Shown in pieces: positions 27,918 to 35,522 of a stretch of DNA of 43,422 nt. Position numbers and translations under genes: made by a program. The first letter of the stretch is position 1. Each line of letters starts with the position of its first letter. A model generated the notes under the pieces. That model was not told where the DNA came from and did not search any database. It saw nothing but the letters and a program-made list of their open reading frames with translations. Source of the stretch: a virus (Duplodnaviria; Caudoviricetes); IMG/VR virus record IMGVR_UViG_3300011435_000023, positions 1-43,422 of that record. One strand, 5' to 3'.

Positions 27918-28494
27918 GATTATATTTTTTCAATATTTCGTAATTGCAATGAGTTAGTCCGTCTTGTTCACCCCTTCCTTTTTTCCATAGCTCTACATTG
28001 TCCAGGTGGTTGGTCCTGTCTGATTCTCGGTGATGCAAGCATTCAAAAGTGCATTTACGTCTGGATATTGTCAACCCAGATTTTATTACATGGTCATGCA
28101 TTTCATTATCTTCGCCACCCCAGCCCCAAAACTCATTAGAATAACCGTTTACCTTTATAAAATCCTCCCTGTTGAATAGAGTCACTCCGCCAAAGTATTC
28201 TTTGAACGGCATTTTGTATCTAAATTGACTGCACTTGGTTGCTATATGAGTAGGGTTAACAGGAAAAGAGTAGTCGGCTTTAAATGGCAACATGTCAACA
28301 TCGTGCATAGCTACATATTTAGCACTGGTATTTAAAAACCCTATATTTAAAAGCTTTGCCCGGTTAAAAGGTTTGCCTTGTTCCTGTTCGACAATTAATA
28401 TTTCTTCCTTCCTGAACCTTGCCCGCATGTGCTTAATAAAGAGGGATAAATGACCAGCCCTATCTCTATATGGAACTATAATACTTAGCATCAT
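27883..28494 (-). CDS. GT7 family (beta-1,4-galactosyltransferase-like) glycosyltransferase
   Basis: IIVPYRDR, FNRAKLLNIGF, HDVD, FGGV, NGYSNEFWGWGGED; true start probably 28494 or 28491. Confidence 0.9.
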   Translation of the reverse strand: MMLSIIVPYRDRAGHLSLFIKHMRARFRKEEILIVEQEQGKPFNRAKLLNIGFLNTSAKYVAMHDVDMLPFKADYSFPVNPTHIATKCSQFRYKMPFKEYFGGVTLFNREDFIKVNGYSNEFWGWGGEDNEMHDHVIKSGLTISRRKCTFECLHHRESDRTNHLDNVELWKKGRGEQDGLTHCNYEILKKYNHGDYIKISVGL

Positions 28495-29059
28495 TAAAAA
28501 CTTTATTAATCCTGTCTTTTTGTGTTGAGTATTCCCGGCTATACCATGAGTGCAGGGCAAAGTAATTACCTTCATTATCCTGAAGGTGCGTGGTAATACC
28601 GTCTGATCTAGTAGCCGCATCAAGATACAGGGGATTCCCGTGATGGTGCAGGTGTTTAAAAAAAGAGTTGTACGGTTCAATATTATTTTCAACCGGCTGA
28701 ATACCACTTAACATTGGCTTAATTGCATTCGCATTGAAAATGTTGAAAAATGGATTCATAACCTCATGGTCATTATTGCGATGAGGTGAAATGCCAGCGT
28801 CCCTCATTCCGCAATGGGTTTGCTTGTTTGTTTTCATATAATTTACCAATCGTTCAATGCGAGGCCAATCATGCACAAAACAATCGTTATCGCAATTAAT
28901 AATCCATCCACTTCCCTGCTGAATAATAAAATGAAGATAACTTTCTGCATCTGTCCAATGGTTGAACCAATCACATTTTACTATATCCAACTTTTCCGGA
29001 ATGAAAGATGCCATCATTGAAAACAACTCATCATTATTTGATCTTGTATAAAGTGTCAT
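28466..29059 (-). CDS. Divergent GT-A glycosyltransferase
   Basis: WIINCDNDCF DxD motif; position in the cassette. Confidence 0.6.
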   Translation of the reverse strand: MTLYTRSNNDELFSMMASFIPEKLDIVKCDWFNHWTDAESYLHFIIQQGSGWIINCDNDCFVHDWPRIERLVNYMKTNKQTHCGMRDAGISPHRNNDHEVMNPFFNIFNANAIKPMLSGIQPVENNIEPYNSFFKHLHHHGNPLYLDAATRSDGITTHLQDNEGNYFALHSWYSREYSTQKDRINKVFNDAKYYSSI

Positions 29060-29610
29060 TTTATTTCAATTATTCCGGTTCCGTAAACATGCCCTATAGA
29101 AGTAGCGTCAATCTTTTCAACGCTAATGTAATCCCATGCAGCCGTCATTTCATCGTTAAGATAAATGTCATCATAAATTAAAACACCTTTCCATTCGTTT
29201 GCTATTAGATAGTCAAAAACGTTTTTTTCCATCACGCCATAATGGTTTGTATCAATGAAGATGATCCCGGCATTGATGATGCTTTTTGGAAATCCGTTTT
29301 GGTCGGGCGGCATTAATATACAAGCCACATTGTCGGGCCTTTCTTTCCACTTCAAGTAATCGTAGGTAACGTCATAAGAAATTACAGCGTTTGTTTTTTC
29401 CCATGCTAAACAAACAGTAGAAAGAGCCATATATGTCCCCACCTCAGCAATGACGGAATTTTTATAATTCTCGCTTATCCACCTAAGTAAGCGATAGTGC
29501 TCCTGACCTGCAGACATGGATAAAAATTTCACCTCATCGACATTTTTGAATTTAGAAACAACAGGCCGCATGTCGATTGCATCTAATTCGGATTTTGTTG
29601 GTAGCGTCAT
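29056..29610 (-). CDS. Class I SAM methyltransferase (Methyltransf_24-like)
   Basis: EVGTY..LS, IFID..H, GVLIYDDI. Confidence 0.8.
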   Translation of the reverse strand: MTLPTKSELDAIDMRPVVSKFKNVDEVKFLSMSAGQEHYRLLRWISENYKNSVIAEVGTYMALSTVCLAWEKTNAVISYDVTYDYLKWKERPDNVACILMPPDQNGFPKSIINAGIIFIDTNHYGVMEKNVFDYLIANEWKGVLIYDDIYLNDEMTAAWDYISVEKIDATSIGHVYGTGIIEIK

Positions 29611-30125
29611 TTTTTAATAAGTATTGTGTTTGAATCGGATGTGTCACCATTGATACGCTGGTAAAGCTTGCCTTTATCTTTAAACAGGTGATAGGTAGTG
29701 TATTTGCTATTTATGTACTCGGTGTAAAAAGAGGTGTGTACGTCCTCAATAATATAAATTCCGCCATGGTTCAAACCGTGATTAAATAAATACTGAAACG
29801 ATATTTGCTGATCCTTAGTGTTATGTGATCCGTCGTCAATAATTAAATCAAACTTTCCAAGATCGCCAAGGCTGTAAACATCGGTAGCGTCTATTTTTAG
29901 CGTAATACATCCCAGAATAGTCAACGGATCAGTAATGTCCAGTCCGATAACTTCGGCATTCGGGTAAAACTCTTTCCACATTCTAAGACTCGCCCCATCC
30001 TTAACCCCTATTTCAAGTATGCGCTTTAGGTTCAACCCTTCCAACTCTTTTTCATAGAAATCGCAGTACAAATGATGAGTGGCCTTGTCTGTTCCATGTT
30101 TCAGCCCAATTTGATGTAGTGTCAT
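29607..30125 (-). CDS. Sugar O-methyltransferase-like protein (MycE/OleY-type motifs)
   Basis: GTDK..H.Y..FY, LEIGV..GASLRMW, IIDDGSH, GGIYIIED. Confidence 0.85.
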   Translation of the reverse strand: MTLHQIGLKHGTDKATHHLYCDFYEKELEGLNLKRILEIGVKDGASLRMWKEFYPNAEVIGLDITDPLTILGCITLKIDATDVYSLGDLGKFDLIIDDGSHNTKDQQISFQYLFNHGLNHGGIYIIEDVHTSFYTEYINSKYTTYHLFKDKGKLYQRINGDTSDSNTILIKK

Positions 30126-30129
30126 ATAA

Positions 30130-30783
30130 TTAATTTACATGCCTGTTGTTTCCTATATGCCTGACATACCCCTCTTTTAATATTGCTGCCCTATATCCTA
30201 ACCTGTGATATAGTTCACCTATCTTATGCTCGCTTAACGAAGGGTTTTCTGGGTTAAATTTGGTATGATTTCCGTAAGATCCAATTCGCTTGTAATCGGA
30301 TAACCTTTTGAGCGAAGGGGAAAAACTAAAACCTTTCCACCTGTAATTGGTTGAAAGATACCTATGACCTATTCCACCAATTAAAGTAGGATGACCGTTA
30401 TTGTCCATCGGGTGACGGAAAAGAACTTGTAATGTTTTTTGGTCGGCCTCCAATATATCAATAGCCTTTTTAAAGAATCCAGATTTGTAGGTTTCCCAGT
30501 CTTCCTCCCAGGTTAATACGTAAGGTGATTTAACCTGGCGCCATAATGTATCTTGGGCCACAACCTGACCTTTTTTAAAAACAGGCTGAATGAATTTTAC
30601 ATGTGAAAACTTTTGTTCCACCTCTTTATTAATATCGGCAATACCGCAATCTTCATAAACCAACGCTTCTGATAATTCGAAATCCAGGTGTTTATAAAAT
30701 GAATCAAGAGTCCTTTCCAGTAAGTCAGGCCGCCCACAAGCGGTAATTATAAGTGATACTTCTTGGTCCGGCATTTTTTTCAT
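30130..30783 (-). CDS. GT2-like glycosyltransferase
   Basis: ITACGRPDLLERTLDSF, EEDW, SFSP, HIG. Confidence 0.8.
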   Translation of the reverse strand: MKKMPDQEVSLIITACGRPDLLERTLDSFYKHLDFELSEALVYEDCGIADINKEVEQKFSHVKFIQPVFKKGQVVAQDTLWRQVKSPYVLTWEEDWETYKSGFFKKAIDILEADQKTLQVLFRHPMDNNGHPTLIGGIGHRYLSTNYRWKGFSFSPSLKRLSDYKRIGSYGNHTKFNPENPSLSEHKIGELYHRLGYRAAILKEGYVRHIGNNRHVN

Positions 30784-30975
30784 TTATTTCTTTGCGCCTA
30801 TACATTTTTCCCACTCCCTGACTATCTTTTGAATAGTCGAGGAAAGGGAATATTGATTTATTCCCCTCTTTTCCTTCTCATTTGTTTGCTCCCTGAGTAA
30901 AATTTTATGCACATCCGGGTGGATATCGCGTACAATAATATCGGGTATTTTATCTTCTGCAATAATGGTTTCCAT
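30784..30975 (-). CDS. Ribbon-helix-helix-like regulator (63 aa)
   Basis: IIVRDIHPDVHKIL...SLSSTIQKIVREW; first gene of the cassette; ATG 30975 lies just below a TACATTTG promoter. Confidence 0.6.
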   Translation of the reverse strand: METIIAEDKIPDIIVRDIHPDVHKILLREQTNEKEKRGINQYSLSSTIQKIVREWEKCIGAKK

Positions 30976-30980
30976 AATTA

Positions 30981-31036
30981 TGATATATATTGTATCAAAT
31001 GTAGACTTTATAGATTCAGAACTTTCTATTTTTACT
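30981..31036. promoter_or_regulatory. Divergent control region: 17-bp operator, leftward TACATTTG and rightward TATTTTTACT
   Basis: TGATATATATTGTATCA 30981-30997; CAAATGTA 30996-31003; TATTTTTACT 31027. Confidence 0.6.
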
Positions 31037-31051
31037 GAAAATAATACACAC

Positions 31052-31306
31052 ATGTATTTCACAGGCTCTTATCTACGTGTAATAACTCCCAAAACAACCA
31101 ACGGCATAATTCCACAGATCATAGATGGTGAAGCTCAGTACAATGAAACATTCCTTCCCCTATCAGCACGGAAGCAATTGGAAGCCAAAAACAGGCGGTT
31201 GTTAAGGAATGGGTTTAAACACCTGGCTATGGAGATTGAAGTAGTGGGAGAAATTATCCCCAGTGTTGTGATAAAGAAAAGAGGTCCTAAACCAAAAAAT
31301 CAATAA
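31052..31306 (+). CDS. Hypothetical basic protein
   Basis: ATG downstream of the candidate promoter; ends KKRGPKPK. Confidence 0.6.
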   Translation: MYFTGSYLRVITPKTTNGIIPQIIDGEAQYNETFLPLSARKQLEAKNRRLLRNGFKHLAMEIEVVGEIIPSVVIKKRGPKPKNQ

Positions 31307-31307
31307 T

Positions 31308-31358
31308 ATGCCTTGTTCATCTTGTGGCAAAAAGAAGCCCAAAAAACCAAAAAGATAA
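31308..31358 (+). CDS. 16-aa CxxC/Lys-rich micropeptide
   Basis: MPCSSCGKKKPKKPKR fills the intergenic gap almost exactly. Confidence 0.45.
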   Translation: MPCSSCGKKKPKKPKR

Positions 31359-31361
31359 TTT

Positions 31362-32219
31362 ATGCCTGTATCAGCGTCCGATCTCGTAAAGAAACTATTA
31401 TCGAAAGCCGGTGTAACTTATGACGGTGATTTGTCGGCTGAAATACCCGATGAAATTGCCACTTCTTTAGATAACAACTTACTCACCATTGCCGCGGCGA
31501 CAAATAATCACCCGCAGGTAAAGAGGGTTTACTTCGCTCAGGCTTACAATGGATTGGATGCTGAAATTGAAAGCCTCGCTTCGGAATTCGGATTGGATGA
31601 AACAGCCATCGGAGAGTTGAAGGGTGAACAATCCAGTACCAAAAGGGCTGTTGCTCTGGCAAGGAAAATAAAGGAACTGGAAAGTAAGAAAGTGGGCGCC
31701 GATGCTGGTAAAGCCAATACCCTTCAAACTCAAATCACTGACCTTCACTCAAAACTGGCAGAAGAACACAGGAAACAGAGTGAATTAAAAACTACCTACG
31801 AAAAACAAATCAAGGGTATTCATATAGAAAGTAAGCTTGATAACTTACTATCCGGATATAAAACCGTTTATGATGAATTACCCAGCGATGCAAAACAGGC
31901 GGCGGTAAGATCGCTGCTTTCAAAATCTCTTCAGGATAGCGATGCGGAATTTACGTTTGATGAAAGGGGTAACCTGTCTTTAATAAAAAAAGACGGAACC
32001 AATCTTTTCGGGGACAATCATACGCAGTTTACTCCGCAATCGTTCATAGATAAGTCACTGTCCAAAATTTTAAAGGTCTCAGAACCGGCTGGCAACGGCA
32101 ATATCCAACCTACAAAGGTGCCTGGCGCACAAAACACAACAAACACAGCCCTATCGGCTGCATTAGCTGAAAGTAGAAATAACTACGAAAAGGCTACAAA
32201 GCAAGCTGTGCCGGGCTGA
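31362..32219 (+). CDS. Capsid scaffolding protein
   Basis: Coiled-coil protein immediately before the capsid gene. Confidence 0.7.
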   Translation: MPVSASDLVKKLLSKAGVTYDGDLSAEIPDEIATSLDNNLLTIAAATNNHPQVKRVYFAQAYNGLDAEIESLASEFGLDETAIGELKGEQSSTKRAVALARKIKELESKKVGADAGKANTLQTQITDLHSKLAEEHRKQSELKTTYEKQIKGIHIESKLDNLLSGYKTVYDELPSDAKQAAVRSLLSKSLQDSDAEFTFDERGNLSLIKKDGTNLFGDNHTQFTPQSFIDKSLSKILKVSEPAGNGNIQPTKVPGAQNTTNTALSAALAESRNNYEKATKQAVPG

Positions 32220-32245
32220 TTAATTCAACATTTTAAATTTTTACT

Positions 32246-33385
32246 ATGGCATCAGGATATTGCCCAGCCCTCTTACGTACTATCGAAGAAGTGGCAGGCG
32301 ACAACGCACCCAGCCGTAAGCTGCACAATGCTGGCTTTCTGGCTATGTTACAGTGCTGCCAGAACAGTTCTGTAAACCCCGTTAATGACGGATATGATGA
32401 GTTTGGTCATCAAAGAGCATTAACGGTTTCTTACCGTCAACGACCAGTTCTTGACGATGTTCAGGATGAAGACAATTGCGATATTAATCGCATTCCTGTT
32501 AAACTGGAATGGAGTTTACCAGGTCTTACATTTGCTTCAAGCTCTTTTTTCCTCTCCGATGAGGAATTGAGTAAATATTGTGAAGATGCAAGCCGCACCC
32601 GTTCAATCGGCGCCCCTCCCACCCAAATCGCACAGGAACATTACGAACTTTTCAAGGAAACCGCTAATATTGTAATGAAGAAAATGAACCGTGACCTTGT
32701 TACGGACATGGCAACAGTATTCGGTGAAAACATCACAACCGGGTCCGCAACTGGTAAGGTCATCAACATTGACAGAAACGGCGACCAATTAATTTTGGAT
32801 AACGGCGTAATTGATATGTTGAGGGATTTCCAGGAGAATGAAATTTGTGGTGAGCCTTGTTTGGTTGGCGGCGGATTGTTTAGCTCGTTTGAAATGAGCA
32901 GAATAATAGCTTGTTGCAATAGTGCCGGCATTGATCTGTCCCGTTTAGGAATGCCAAGGTTTTTCTTTGATAAAGATTCTCAGACTATATGGGGTGACAA
33001 CTCAGTAGGTGCATTTGCTCCCGGGTCAGTTAAGCTGATTGAGCGTTTGAAATATAAACGCTTCTTTGCGGGTGGTCAAAAAGGCAACAGCTGGTTCTTT
33101 ACCGCTGCTTTACCAATTGCAGATTTCGGTTGTGCAGACCCTTGTCAAATCACAGAATTTGATGTACAGTTGAAATACATTGACTGCCCTACGGAAGTAG
33201 AAGGACCAAGCGGCCCAACTACGGTAAACCGTGGCTGGCAAGTTATTGTATCTAAAAACTACGGTCTTTGGGTACAACCCGATGCATATGCAGCTGGTGA
33301 TGAACTTTCTGGTACCAATGGTACGCTGAAGTATTTCTTCAGCAATAACGCTGGTGGTGGTGGTTCATACGCCTATGCTGGATAA
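32246..33385 (+). CDS. Major capsid protein
   Basis: 379 aa, after the scaffold, followed by a hairpin; positional call. Confidence 0.8.
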   Translation: MASGYCPALLRTIEEVAGDNAPSRKLHNAGFLAMLQCCQNSSVNPVNDGYDEFGHQRALTVSYRQRPVLDDVQDEDNCDINRIPVKLEWSLPGLTFASSSFFLSDEELSKYCEDASRTRSIGAPPTQIAQEHYELFKETANIVMKKMNRDLVTDMATVFGENITTGSATGKVINIDRNGDQLILDNGVIDMLRDFQENEICGEPCLVGGGLFSSFEMSRIIACCNSAGIDLSRLGMPRFFFDKDSQTIWGDNSVGAFAPGSVKLIERLKYKRFFAGGQKGNSWFFTAALPIADFGCADPCQITEFDVQLKYIDCPTEVEGPSGPTTVNRGWQVIVSKNYGLWVQPDAYAAGDELSGTNGTLKYFFSNNAGGGGSYAYAG

Positions 33386-33409
33386 TTACGCCGACGGCTC
33401 TTAATATAC

Positions 33410-33437
33410 GGGCCCGGTGAAGGCCGGGCTCATTTTT
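33410..33437 (+). terminator. Hairpin after the capsid gene
   Basis: GGGCCCGG/CCGGGCTC followed by ATTTTT. Confidence 0.65.
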
Positions 33438-33447
33438 AAACAACGCT

Positions 33448-33963
33448 ATGCTTACATGCTTTATCGATCATATTGGTCTTAGCTTCTGTAACAGGGGTGT
33501 TTATGAAGTGCCTGCATCGGGGATTTATTTGAATTCATTACCGGGTATTAATATAGAATCTATTGATAAAATAGCTGACAGCGAACAAATCACATATTTG
33601 GGAGTTTGGGAAGATGTTCAAAATTCCGCAGTAGCTCAATTTCGGCTGGATGTTATCAATGAGATGACGAAATGCTATAAGTTAAACAAGACATGCGTTT
33701 ATGATGATTTAATATGTGAGAATGTGGAGGAACTTACTTTAGCATGGAAATATTTACTCGGTGTATGGTTAATGATATTCCGACTTAATTCCGATAGGGT
33801 CACCAGGTACACAACTGTTGACAGAGAACAAGCAAAAGAACTTCAGGTTTTTTACCAATTAGAATACGAAAAAGCTCTCAAGCAAGGCGTACAATTGATG
33901 AATACGGATAGCTGCTGTTTAGAATGCGGCGGCAACCCGGAAATCGTCGTGTTTTTGCCGTGA
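33448..33963 (+). CDS. Putative head-tail adaptor
   Basis: Position after the capsid gene; helical; 8 Cys. Confidence 0.55.
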   Translation: MLTCFIDHIGLSFCNRGVYEVPASGIYLNSLPGINIESIDKIADSEQITYLGVWEDVQNSAVAQFRLDVINEMTKCYKLNKTCVYDDLICENVEELTLAWKYLLGVWLMIFRLNSDRVTRYTTVDREQAKELQVFYQLEYEKALKQGVQLMNTDSCCLECGGNPEIVVFLP

Positions 33964-34406
33964 TAACAGTACGTACAAACATCAGGCAAGTATTTGAAAA
34001 GCTTCAGGCGGATTTGAATAAACTCAAGGACCGTGAGTACTTATTACGCCCTGTTGCCACTGAGATAATTCCGATGATCACAGAGCGGATTCATCAAAAG
34101 GGGCTGGCTTCTGACAATTCTCCTATTGGTACTTACTCAAATGCCTATTTAAAAGAAAGAGAAAGAAAAAACCGAGGCACGGATACTAAGGTGATTGTTT
34201 CACTTACCAGGCAATTAGAAAACGACTGGTCTGTTGTCGCAACGCCCAATGGTTACGGGATAGGATTCTTAAACTCATTCAATGCACAAAAATTGAAATG
34301 GGTCGAGCAGAGCAAAGGAAAGATTTTCAGTGTGCTATCAAAGGAAGAAACAGAATATGCTATTGACAGAATAAACGAGCTGGTAAATGCTGCTATCAAT
34401 AATTAA
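33960..34406 (+). CDS. Neck/tail-completion (virion morphogenesis) protein
   Basis: GTGA-coupled start; YS.AY...R...V..SLT.QL motif. Confidence 0.6.
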   Translation: MITVRTNIRQVFEKLQADLNKLKDREYLLRPVATEIIPMITERIHQKGLASDNSPIGTYSNAYLKERERKNRGTDTKVIVSLTRQLENDWSVVATPNGYGIGFLNSFNAQKLKWVEQSKGKIFSVLSKEETEYAIDRINELVNAAINN

Positions 34407-34929
34407 TTGGATTAATGAGCAACTGTGTGAACTCGTACCCGGTGCGAAAGTCTTCGGTATTGCAAGAACTGCGGTGAAGGACGATAAGATACTTCCTATA
34501 TCTGGGGATGAATGGATTAAATATGCGGGGGTAGATGATACATATCCTTTTCAGTCATATCATAAAGAGTTAACGCTTTCAGCAGCCAACGTAAGCCGTA
34601 GCGGATACGGAGACAATTTAAGCGACCTGTCGAATACATATGGTATGGCGCTGATTATATTTTTTGATGAAAAAAAATGCGGTGTAAAAACCGATGAACT
34701 ATATACACTTATTCAGGCGAGAATAACCGGTATCCTGAAGATTGAAGGTTATAAATCAATACGAATAGGTGTTACAAATGCTATCCTGAATGATGGCCAG
34801 GTGTGGCGGCAAGAATACGGAGAGACCTCCTTTCGTCTTTCAGCCACACAAAGATTGATACAAATTGGTTATAGCGTGATTGTAACGCTTGACAAAACCT
34901 GTTTCCCGAAATGCATTTCTAAATCTTAA
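34387..34929 (+). CDS. Putative tail terminator
   Basis: Position before the tail tube gene. Confidence 0.5.
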   Translation: MLLSIINWINEQLCELVPGAKVFGIARTAVKDDKILPISGDEWIKYAGVDDTYPFQSYHKELTLSAANVSRSGYGDNLSDLSNTYGMALIIFFDEKKCGVKTDELYTLIQARITGILKIEGYKSIRIGVTNAILNDGQVWRQEYGETSFRLSATQRLIQIGYSVIVTLDKTCFPKCISKS

Positions 34930-34939
34930 AAAAAATACT

Positions 34940-35485
34940 ATGTCAGTATATTATCCTTCCAATTGTGACGACTTAGTACCCGATCATATATGCGACCCCT
35001 GCGAAGAAATCGAACAGGGCCGGATCAGGTCTATGGCGTTTATTAAAACCACATTTGCTTTTGTTGACCCTACCGATCCAACGGAATGGGAAGCGGGCTT
35101 TGCAAGTGGTGATATCATTTTGATTCCTCAGACCAAAGGAACGTTTGACGGGGGCGCCGAAGTAGAAAGCCCAGGTTATGGAGACCAGGTTACAAGGTTA
35201 ACCGGATATAATTTCCAGTTACAGTACCAGGATCCCAACTACAGGCAGAATTGTACTTTTTACAATACGCTTAAAAACTCCCGTCAGTACAAAGCGGCTT
35301 ACAGAACAGAAACTCAAATTCATTTGATTGATGCGACTGTACAGGTGATTCCTAAGAATCCTGTTCAGGAAGATCCTTCTACTGAAGTGGTTTGGGATGT
35401 TCTTGTAAAATGGTCTGGAAAAGATGTTCCATGTCCTTACGACGCTCCTGCGGGCATTTTTGATGCTTGCGTTGCGAATAGTTAA
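34940..35485 (+). CDS. Major tail tube protein
   Basis: 181-aa beta-rich protein after the neck genes, followed by a hairpin. Confidence 0.65.
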   Translation: MSVYYPSNCDDLVPDHICDPCEEIEQGRIRSMAFIKTTFAFVDPTDPTEWEAGFASGDIILIPQTKGTFDGGAEVESPGYGDQVTRLTGYNFQLQYQDPNYRQNCTFYNTLKNSRQYKAAYRTETQIHLIDATVQVIPKNPVQEDPSTEVVWDVLVKWSGKDVPCPYDAPAGIFDACVANS

Positions 35486-35490
35486 TTAAT

Positions 35491-35511
35491 GGGAGGGGCT
35501 TCCCTCCCTTT
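35491..35511 (+). terminator. Hairpin after the tail tube gene
   Basis: GGGAGGG/CCCTCCC followed by TTT. Confidence 0.6.
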
Positions 35512-35522
35512 AAAATTTTGTT

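Noticed and set aside
28495-28707. N-terminal extension of the GT7 ORF given in the track
   Set aside because: It overlaps the upstream gene out of frame; the GT7 fold begins at MLSIIVPYRDR
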